64,000 bases of DNA from Octopus sinensis (Eukaryota): contig NC_043004.1 in the NCBI RefSeq assembly GCF_006345805.1, positions 12,834,001 through 12,898,000 on the forward strand, in the 5' to 3' direction. The position numbers and the translations under genes were made by a program. Positions 53,090-64,000 of this stretch are shown piece by piece. Position 1 is the first letter of the stretch, and each line of letters begins with the position of its first letter. Under the pieces are notes generated by a model. It did not search any database, was not told the DNA's origin, and saw only the letters and a program-made list of their open reading frames with translations.

Positions 53090-53860
53090 TATTTTTTATG
53101 TTGAACCGTTAATCACTAAGAAACATTTTCTCTCTCCGCTTTTTTCATTCCCTTCTCCTTTTTTTCTCCCAACCCCATCTGTCGAAGAGCGTAGGCTCGA
53201 AGCGTTAAAGATTTTTCCATTCTTCCTGAGCGTTAAAATAATACACCTGCTTGTTGCTCCTACAACTGTCTTAGTTTTTGTTTCCTGTAAATTCGAACAA
53301 GATATATATCGTGACCTCATTATCCACAGTTTCTTCCCCAACCCCACCTCCCAGCTTGGCTCGTTCCCTTACTTCTCCCCCAAGCCGCCACACTTGTCTC
53401 TACTTCTCCAACACCACCATACTCACAAGCACCCATCATCGTCCCTATCATATCACCGACCCCTTTACCTTCACTTCTAGCAACGTCATTTACTGCACCT
53501 CCTGCTCTTTCTGCCCTTCTTTGTACATCGGTCAAACGGGACACTGTTTGACTGACTGGTTCGCGGAGCACCTGAGACATCGGACTCGGCAATGGAATCC
53601 CACCTTCTTAATGAACAAGAATTAATCTTCTCTCGTCGCTCCTTTGCATCACATGAGCTCAACTTCCTTCTTCTCTTCAGTTAACTCCCCTCCTCTCCTC
53701 TCCTCTTCATCTGATACCTACTTCCTCTTAATAGTCCTACCCACTTCGCTGCTCTTCCTCTAACATCTACTTTCCCTCTTCACTCCTACCCACCTTCTCT
53801 CTTCATTGATACCTACTTGTTCATACACCTGTCTTTGCCTTCTGTTTTGCTATAAATTTC
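53090..53860 (+). mobile_element. Penelope-like element fragment: terminal repeat followed by GIY-YIG endonuclease pseudogene
   Basis: FTFTSSNVIYCTSCSFCPSLYIGQTGHCLTDWFAEHLR (53462-53580) and EQELIF...HELN; hammerhead-like motif at 53179-53212. Confidence 0.85.
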
Positions 53861-53970
53861 AACTAAACATATGTGAGTGTATGTATTTATATCAATTCAA
53901 CCCTTTTCTAGTTTCCGTCATAGGACTGCGGTCATGCTGGAGCACCACCTTCTAAGATCATGTTGCATCA

Positions 53971-54040
<70 letters not shown>

Positions 54041-54265
54041 CGAATGAAGTCTTCTTTGAACTGTCAAATGTCTACACGAAGGTTGAAATAAATACATGCA
54101 AATTTCACAGTTTCAGCATCACTTCTTCATAACCAGTTTATGAACTTTCAGCACAAACTGAAACTTCTGGAACTCATACAAATAGGAAGCCGGTTAAGAG
54201 TATTAACTTTAATCGAAGTAAATCTTCAGATATACTCTGTGCATTTTTAACTTCATATATTCCCC

Positions 54266-54309
<44 letters not shown>

Positions 54310-54475
54310 GATATATATATATATATATATATACTAATATATATATATAATATATAATATTGATATATATATATATATAATATATATTTATATATATATA
54401 TAAATTTATATTTTTATGTATTGTATATGTATATATATGTATATCTATCTATCTATATGTCTATCTATCTATCTA

Positions 54476-54511
<36 letters not shown>

Positions 54512-54587
54512 TATCTATCTATCTATATATATATATATATTATATATTAAATATATACATACATACGTATATATATAATATATGGAC

Positions 54588-54633
<46 letters not shown>

Positions 54634-54652
54634 ATACATATATATACACACA

Positions 54653-54694
<42 letters not shown>

Positions 54695-55623
54695 CGCACA
54701 TATGATATAGGTATGTATCTAAGTGTTGATGTATAGGAGAAATACGTGACATTCATACCTGGAATATGTTTGACATAATGTTTGACTTAAGGTTTGAAAA
54801 GAAGAATAACTCACAATGTGTGAAAAGCGACTGTTCGGTCGGTGCTGACCAGAAAATATGGAACAACATTTGTGATTAAACACCATACACGATCTATGAT
54901 TAGTGTATGGCGAATGTCAGCAGGTCTGAAGGGAGCGAAAAATTATTAACGGTAATTTGACATTTTTTCCCCGTTTTGCGTGTGAAACCTTAAGCTACAG
55001 CTTTGCAATTCTCATTCTCTGAATAGGATAAGTATAAAAATAAAACATAAAACGAAAGCGTTGCCCGGAGTTTGACTGAATGTAGTATGTTAACAAATGC
55101 TGTAGCTTATTTAATATAGACCTTACGATCTACTTAGCTCCGTCGTCTTTTGTACGCAATTTCACCTTTATTGTATGGGTGAAGTAGCATAAGTATGATT
55201 CATGTTTTTGAATTACGGTTCAATTCTGTGATTTATCCCTGAGCAACACTTCCAAACATTTCCTTTTCTTTCGAGCTTCCAGTTCTTCTGCTCCAACTTT
55301 CCATATCATTCGTCTTTTTCTTCTTTCATGTGCTACATTTACTTTTATTGCGGCTAGTGTTGAAAGGAAACATTATATAAAGGCGGAATGTTTGCTGCCC
55401 TGTTGCTGATATTCGCTATGTAGATTGTTCAGATTAAAAGACATATGCTCCAAACCACACAAGCGAACACTCAAAAGACCTTTGGTCTTGTATATACTAT
55501 TTGTTCTATATATATTCCAGTTATTGTATTCTCGCTTCTGCAGTATATGTATAATATATGAGTGTGTGTTGTGGCCTGTGTGTGTTGTGCGCATGTATGT
55601 GTATGTATGTATATATATATACA

Positions 55624-55683
<60 letters not shown>

Positions 55684-57071
55684 TATATAGTATATATATA
55701 TATATATAGTATATATAGATATAGATATAGATATATAGATAGATATAGATATAGATATATAGATATATATATGATATAGATATCGATATATACACGCACA
55801 TAAATACCTAGATAAATATATACTTACATCCATATGTATACACAAATTCTCATATACGCGCACTCAGACACACAAGTACATATATACGTATGTCCGTGCG
55901 TGGGGCGTGTTTGTGTGTATATGTGTATGTCTGTGTACTCATACATGTATACATATATATATATTTATATATGTACAAATGTCTATATACATATATAGCT
56001 AGATAGATATGTGTATATACACACACACACAAGTTATATATATATATATATATATATACATACATACATACATACATACATACATACATACATACATACA
56101 TAGACATGCATACATATACACGCATTCACAAACATACGTATATGTTTTTTTGTGTGTGTGTGTGTATGTGCGTGTGTGTGTATACATACGTGTGAATATG
56201 TGCGTATCTGTGAACTTGCCTAAATTAACTGTTTTGTTCTTTCTTTCAAACACATGGGAATCACACTTTATGAATACGAGAATCTAGCTAGACATTTTCT
56301 TACTATGGAAAGGAAAAAAATAAACAGTTGTTTTTGAAGACAACATCTGAAAAATATGACTAAATGATTGTGAGAAAAATTTCCTGTACACAGTTAAATA
56401 TTGTTGCTTTGCTTCAGAGAAACCTTGAGTAGATCTCTGAATAAAAGCCTTCCAAAAACGACCGTAACGTACTTTTTTTCTGGTGGGATATCATAGAAAA
56501 ATATATCGAATATGTCTCCCGTTTTTGCCATCGTTTTCTTTTTTTTTTTTTTTGGTAAACTTAAAGGAGTGAATGGAGGAATTATCTCTAGCAAGTTGGT
56601 CGCTGATACGACGGACCCTTTTACTGTTACTGTTTCAAGCAATCTGGTTTCAGATCCGTGAGGATATAAATAGAGTTCTATGAACATTACACAATGGGAA
56701 ATAGTTCCATGTAATTCTGAAAACTTCATATACAGAGCACACACACACGTATGTAGTTTCTACATACATATTAATGAATGTAAGTATGCATGCGTGTTTA
56801 TGCAAATATACGAGCACGTGATTAAGTGTACATGCGCGTGTATGATATGTGTGTGTGTGTGTGTGTGTGGGTGTGTTGTCGTCTGTGTGCCTGTGAAGAT
56901 TTTGTTTTCCTTTTGTACAAGCGAAGACTACCATTGCAGTAGTGAAGTCTAATAATAAAGCATTTTTCTTTTACTCTGCTGCACGAACAGCGTAATCATT
57001 TCTTTCTTTGCCCGTTGCATTATAGGTAACATAATACCATATATAATATATATATATTATATATAATAATA

Positions 57072-57117
<46 letters not shown>

Positions 57118-57634
57118 ATATTATATATGTAGTATATATATATATATATACATATTATATATATACATGCATATATATACACCATATATATGTTAATATG
57201 TATATATGTATATATATGTGATACCATATACATATACACATAACGCATATATATACAATATATTAATATGTTGGTATATAGATAAGTATGCATGTATACA
57301 TGTATACACATATGCAAATAAATAAATTTATATACATACATACTATATATATATATATATAATATATATATATATATATAATGATATTATATGTAGATTT
57401 AAATATGTATATATATATACACATATGCAAGAAGTGAAGTTGACAGTGTTTATTTAATGTACATATCTCTACAGTGACTGAACCCCCCATATATATATAT
57501 ATATATGAATATATGATTATAAATATATAATTATATATGTATATAAACAAGCTACATATGTGTGTATGCACACATGCATACATATATACATGCATACATA
57601 CATACGTACATACATGCATACATACATACATACA

Positions 57635-57670
<36 letters not shown>

Positions 57671-58279
57671 CACACACATACACAAACACACATATATATC
57701 CTTATATCCGTACATAATAACTGTCGTCTCAAGATAACAAATGCTTGCAACATTCCAACATTATCGCTATCTTCAGAGTGTCAGGCCATATTAGTTCCCA
57801 CCAAAGAGTATCCTTACGTCTACAACAATTTTATAACTCCCATTTTGATAATTTCCACTAATACACAACCATAAAGGAACTGTTACAATTCGCCATCCTT
57901 TTCTTCCTTCTCATTCTTCAAATTTATCAGCACTTGTATGCACGTACCTCGAGAATCTGCTTTATAGATTCTAAGTACCAAACATATTGTCCATTAGTAC
58001 GCGTCGGTAAGAACTCTTGTTATTGAAATGGTACCACAGTGTATCATGAATTTTTGCTCGAAGCCTTTACCCAGTCTGTTGCTGATTGCGCTCAAAAGTA
58101 GATTCTGTGCAACATTTTATACACTCAAAGCAAATTTGCGCTCAGGAACTGGATATTAATATTTTAGCACTGGATATAATATTTTTGGCGATTGACTTCA
58201 ATCGCCTAAAATTATTATTATCCTCACCGTCGTCGTCATCGACGCTAATATCACTATTCTTACAGCGACAACAACGACA

Positions 58280-58322
<43 letters not shown>

Positions 58323-58405
58323 TTACCACCACCACCACCACCACCACCACTACAGATAATAAGGGTGATGATGATGGTGATAATATTGTTGTTGTTTTTA
58401 TTGCT

Positions 58406-58442
<37 letters not shown>

Positions 58443-59651
58443 CAGCAGAAGTTTTGGTTGTGGTTGTCTTAATCACACTGTCTACATCCGGCAGCCCTAT
58501 CCCCTCATTTGTCAATCTTCACATTCACACTAACAATTTCTCAAAAGCAATTGATTGGGTGCGTTTTCCAGAATATACTCCACTGTAATTCAATTTAATT
58601 TATGAATAGAGATTTTTTTTTTTTTTGGTAGCGAGTGAGTGGACAGGATGAGATAGGAGTCGGTCAGGTATAATGATTGCAGTGTCACCGAAATGAATGT
58701 GTATCGGAAACGAAATAGAGATAAATAAAATAAATAAAAATAATAAACGATATTTAACGACGAAATAAATTTGAAAATTAATAGGGCTTTTCCTTTAACA
58801 TACTTCCTTCACACATTCAACCTTTTTTCCTGTAAGGGTTGTGCACTCTGAGTGTTAATTATAAGGCTAGGCCGGATACTTGCTGTAACAAGACACTAGT
58901 TTGTTAAAGTATAAGTGGGGAGTAAAAAAATAATATATAATTTTCTCAGATTGGGCTGATGCGAAGCTACGAAGCAAACAAAGCAGTAACACAAATAACG
59001 ACTTCATTCGTACGTTTCTCACAATCATTCAGGTTTTCCATTGTTAACAACCTGTGGTGATACTTCAATATGTAACCACATTTGCTGCAGTATTCAAGTA
59101 AAGGGCATTTATCTTTCTAGTCATACAATGACAACACGGCCGCTAACAATACGGTTTTCAACTTGAACTCCGTCACCGTTTTATCAGTGACCCTATAAAT
59201 TACTTAGAGCACACACCACTGATTGGGTAAGGTTTCCAAGTATCACCTCAAGATATTTGTTTTCACATTTCATTATGACTATACTGAAATATATGAATTC
59301 TTCCCGTTAAATCTGAAAAGTACTTTCCATTGAAGGTGATACTGTCTCTCTGTTATATGATGTATATTCAGTGATTTCGCTTCCTTTATTTCTTTTTCTT
59401 TCGCTTAGGTTAGCTGAAACCGAGTTGCCGTGATCATCTTATCTTCTTAAGAGTCCATTGTCAACTTGTTCGTTTTGTTTATGAACATGCTTAGCGCTTA
59501 TTCAAACGACATCTGGCTTTTATTTCTCGTAGATTGAACATCTCCAAAGAAGCTACTATGTTTCTCAAATCTTAAGTATCTTCACCATAGATAATATACT
59601 AGAGAGTCAACCAATGGGCATAATAAATATACAGCTGGTTGTCCCGCAACA

Positions 59652-59820
59652 TACGAAGCCTGATCAGTAAGTGTACGGACTGTTGGCATAGTAACGAAGT
59701 TAAAGTACGCAGAGTGAAGCCGCTTGACAAAGATCGACCTTGAATTCTGCTACGCATGCGCACTAAGATTTTTGCTCTATTTGACTTCCGCTGTTTACAG
59801 CAGTGCCTGTAGATATGATT
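59652..59820 (+). mobile_element. Possible solo mariner-type terminus
   Basis: tacgaagcctgatcagtaagt resembles TACGAGG..GTTCA.AAAGT-type TIRs; partner end not found. Confidence 0.4.
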
Positions 59821-59839
59821 GATGTAATTATAGATAATC

Positions 59840-60215
59840 TGGCGGCGAGCTGGCAGAAACGTTAGCACGCCGGGTGAAATGCGTATTTGTATTTCGTCTG
59901 CCGTTACGTTCTGAGTTCAAATTCCGCCGAGATCGACTTTGCGTTTCATCCTTTCGGGGTCGATAAATTAAGTACCAGTTAAGCACTGCGGTCGATATAA
60001 TCGACTTAATCCGTTTGTTTTCCCTTGTTTGTCCCCTCTGTGTTTAGCCCCTTGTGGGTAGTAAAGAAATAGGTATTTCGTCTGTCTTTACGTTCCGAGT
60101 TCAAATTCCGCCGAGGTCGACTTTGCCTGTCATCCTTTCGGAGTCGATACATTAAGTACCAGTTTCGTACTGGGGTCGGTCTAATCGACTGGTCCCCTCC
60201 CCTAAAATTTCGGAT
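59840..60215 (+). mobile_element. Family A SINE dimer (long-tail + headless short-tail unit)
   Basis: Junction aaagaaatag|gtatttcgtc. Confidence 0.9.
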
Positions 60216-61389
60216 ATTTTCCTTTGTGTAAGGAAGATAGGAAATGTTTTTTTTTTTATTAGATTGCAACAAATGTGACTACGCTGTACTTAAATATACC
60301 TCCTTTTCAGGTGACGAGCGAGTTATTCCCCCCTCATAGATTTGAAACTGACAGAAGACAATAGTTCTTCCAGAAACTCTGCTACCTCTGACGGAGAATA
60401 TCTAACACTAGTTGCCTTGATTTCTAGTTTTCATCATAAATACTTCAATCTCCAGGAAGGAAATTGCTTTGGTAAACACATAAAGTCCGTAGTAAAGCCA
60501 TATTTACTATATATATAGATATGAAAGAGTAAGTATTTAAGAATCGTCAACGACATTATTTGACGTATTAATTATACAAGACCGTATTATAATGCTATTT
60601 AGAATGCGATAATGTACCCTCAAAAATAGCTCGAGAAATAAAGAAAACTAAATCTTCAACAATTTCATGGTCACTTTCATGGTCAAACAGTTTCATGGTC
60701 AACCAGTTTCATGGTCAACCAATCTTCAACAATGTACAAATACTTTGGAATGGATCAATGCATATCACCTTCTGTATTACTGCGTTAATCTAATTTATTA
60801 TCTAGTTCGAATTCGCACTTCATATTTCTAATAGCCTTTCTCTGTGACAATAATCGTTCCTTCCGTAGAAGTATCTCTTTTGCAAAGTGTACTTGTCCTT
60901 TATTATTCAACAGTGCCTGTTGTCCGTTGAAAACTTCGGCGAAGGCAATGTTGTTATACTAGATATCAACAGCGTATCTCTCGAATGAAAAAGAATAAAG
61001 AACTTTTATATATTAAGGGGAGTATAATGATACGTTGGAACACAACAAATGGATCTCCGTACATTGTGATGATAAGTATTCCGATGGGTTGAAAAACTGA
61101 ACTACTTTGTGATTGGATTATAGAGTAAATATCTGATTATTCTACTAATACAATATGTTAACCATAACTGATCGCTAGATAGAACCAGCGTGAAATAGTG
61201 TGTGCAAAGGTACAACGTGTGACTTACAGGTAAAATACATTCAATTGACTTCCGCATAATTTTCATTTACCAAGTTTTAGTCATAACGTTTAGCTATGCG
61301 CGGGTCTATAATACAGTTGCGCAATAGACCTAATTAGACATTCATTTTAGAATGGAATGTCTAAACTATTCGTATACATATGTACATAC

Positions 61390-61438
<49 letters not shown>

Positions 61439-61443
61439 TATAT

Positions 61444-61497
<54 letters not shown>

Positions 61498-61502
<5 letters not shown>

Positions 61503-61581
61503 TAATGAAAGAATGGAGTCGAACGACGATTTAACAAAATTTTGTTAATCGTCGTTCGACACCATTCTTTCATTATCTATT
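61498..61581. other. Near-perfect hairpin/palindrome with ~42-bp arms
   Basis: atagataatgaaagaatggagtcgaacgacgatttaacaaaa | ttttgttaatcgtcgttcgacaccattcttttcattatctat. Confidence 0.95.
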
Positions 61582-62025
61582 GGAAAAAAAACACACAAAT
61601 TTCCACACGAAAGCACGTGATTTCTGCCCTTGGCATATAGCTTCAACCGTGCTTTCTGACGTCGTAATTTGCTACCCGGGTATCGGTTAACCGAATTATC
61701 CATACTAGGATAATTCATTCAACTACTTAAATATATATATATATATATATATATATACTTTATAAATAGGGTTCAGCAACGATTTGGTTTTTCTGGGAGC
61801 CCCTTTTAAAGTAGAAGGAATAGCTAAGATTTTTTTACTGCTATTTCTAAACTTCGGTATGTGGTGAAGCAAATCGTTGCTGAACCCTATCTATAAAGTA
61901 TTACTTAAGCTTACCATGAAATGGTCTCTTTCATGCGAATTCTGCTTGGAGAAATTACTGATACTTCTTAATAATCAATTTTACCTTGTATATATATATA
62001 TATATATAGATATATATATATATAT

Positions 62026-62064
<39 letters not shown>

Positions 62065-62509
62065 CTGCGTGATTGAGGAAAAGAAAAAGAAGTCTTCATT
62101 GACTTTAAATGCTTCCAGCATTTGTTGAACACCTTTCTCTCTATTAAATCGCCTGTCAGCTGTGGAGGCTCTAATTTTGCACATAATAGTTATGGGTAAA
62201 AGAAAATACAGGAGGATCAGTTAACATTTCCCCAACATACTTAGACGCTCAGAGTCACAAACTTATTACAGAGGGTCCTTCTGTTTTTCTAAGCCCTGTA
62301 AAAGAACTCGGAAGGTTGGGCCTCCAAAAGCCAGGAAATTTCCAGCAGCCCTCGTACTTTCCGATAAACAAAATCTTCTACCCTCTTCTGTAATTCATTG
62401 CGAACAAAGTCCTGTCATGCAGCAAGCTCACGGATTGGGACTCGTCCACTCGCCTTCGATTCGTGACAGCGGGTCTCCCAACGCGTGGATTCATTTCAAA
62501 AATTAATTC

Positions 62510-62715
62510 CCTTTACTCTTTTACTTGTATCAGTCATTTGACTGCGGCCATGCTGGACCACCGTCTTTAGTCGAGCAAATCGACCCCAGGACTTGTTCTT
62601 TGTAAACCTAGTACTTATTCTATAGGGCATTTTTTCCGAACCGCTAACTTACGGGGACGTAAACATACCGGCATCGGTTGTTAAGCGATGTTGGGGGGAC
62701 AAACACAGACACACA

Positions 62716-62791
<76 letters not shown>

Positions 62792-62969
62792 ATATATATT
62801 ATACATATATATACATATATACGACAGGTTTCTTTCAGTTTCCGTCTACTAAATCCACTCACAAGGCTTTGGTCAGCCTGAAGACATTTGCCCAAATTGC
62901 CACGCAGTGGGACTGAATCCGAATCCATGTGGTTGGTAAGCAAGCTTCTTACCACACAGCCACTCCTTT
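62510..62969 (-). mobile_element. Full-length SINE family C with internal (CA)n(TA)n
   Basis: Reverse complement of 13247-13672. Confidence 0.9.
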
Positions 62970-63754
62970 ATTCAAAAGTTTTAATCCATATATGTACATT
63001 GCTCCATTCGATTCACGTAAGCAACTTGTAGCCTTCAGTGAATGAGGGACAACCCGCTAACCTTCATCGTGAAGAACCACGAAGCATCACGTTTCTTTTG
63101 CCTGAAACTCATTGTTTTCTGCAAGATGACGAGGAAGAAGAGTTATGATGAAGAATTATTCTAGCAGCATAAGGAATTTGAAAGATCTGTGGCACCAAAA
63201 AAAAAAAAAAGAAAGAAAATATGTTTTCTTTTCCATTATGCATAAAGCGATCCTCGCGTGTATTTGTGTGTATGTATGCATGTGTGTAAATATATATACG
63301 AACGTATGTATGTATGTATGTATGTTCAAATATCCTTATCGAACTGGCAGTGATAGTTAATCCTTGTCAGTTTACGAATATCCAAGAGGAAAACTTGGTG
63401 GCTGTGTATGTTTTTGTTTGTTTGTTTGTGTGTATGTGTGTGTGTACACTTATCTATGTCTACATTTTTTTGTTTTATAAGCTAGATTCCACAGTTTTAC
63501 ATTTCCATAGTCAGTATGATTAAAACACAAGATGTCATTTTATCTTGAATATATTTTGTCGATTTATTTTACGTTTTTGAAGTTAGGAAATATAGACTTC
63601 ATGAAGAAAATAAAAATCTGATATAAATCAAAGAGATTATCTCGCCCGTAAGGAGTTTCATAGTTTACAAGAAACGATTTGAGTAAAACTAATGAAAGAG
63701 TGAATGGATAAACGAAATTCATTTGATGAACCGGTCAGCGGAACAAATAGTTTG

Positions 63755-63854
63755 NNNNNNNNNNNNNNNNNNNNNNNNNNNNNNNNNNNNNNNNNNNNNN
63801 NNNNNNNNNNNNNNNNNNNNNNNNNNNNNNNNNNNNNNNNNNNNNNNNNNNNNN
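63755..63854. other. Assembly gap (100 N)
   Basis: Direct reading. Confidence 1.
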
Positions 63855-63882
63855 GTTATACATACATACACACACACGCATA

Positions 63883-63943
<61 letters not shown>

Positions 63944-64000
63944 CACAATCAGAACGACACCAAACAGCTTAAAAGTGGAATTTAGAATTTCCCGGTTTTC

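Noticed and set aside
62327-62356. Mariner-like TIR on the minus strand
   Set aside because: No partner TIR or internal sequence found.

Overview
This is AT-rich, repeat-dominated eukaryotic DNA. The SINE families and microsatellite load most resemble an octopus (coleoid cephalopod) genome; that is inferred from repeat recognition, not a search. No host protein-coding exon could be supported, and nearly all track ORFs are microsatellite translations. Recognisable content: R4/Dong-type RLE LINE fragments embedded in (TAA)n, a full-length decayed DD34D mariner plus a deletion derivative and a relic, a CR1/L2-group RT fragment, Penelope-like pieces with hammerhead-like motifs, a degraded L1/Tx1-like ORF1 element with no visible ORF2, several MITE/foldback elements, and dozens of tRNA-derived SINEs (labelled A-E here). 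The most interesting structure is (i) a possible Tx1-like element that lands in SINE heads and shares a 3' tail with self-nesting SINE multimers, (ii) hammerhead-like folds, and (iii) several long inverted repeats or hairpins, including a near-perfect ~42-bp-arm hairpin at 61.5 kb. There is a 100-N gap at 63755-63854. Coordinates were read by eye and may be off by a few bases.
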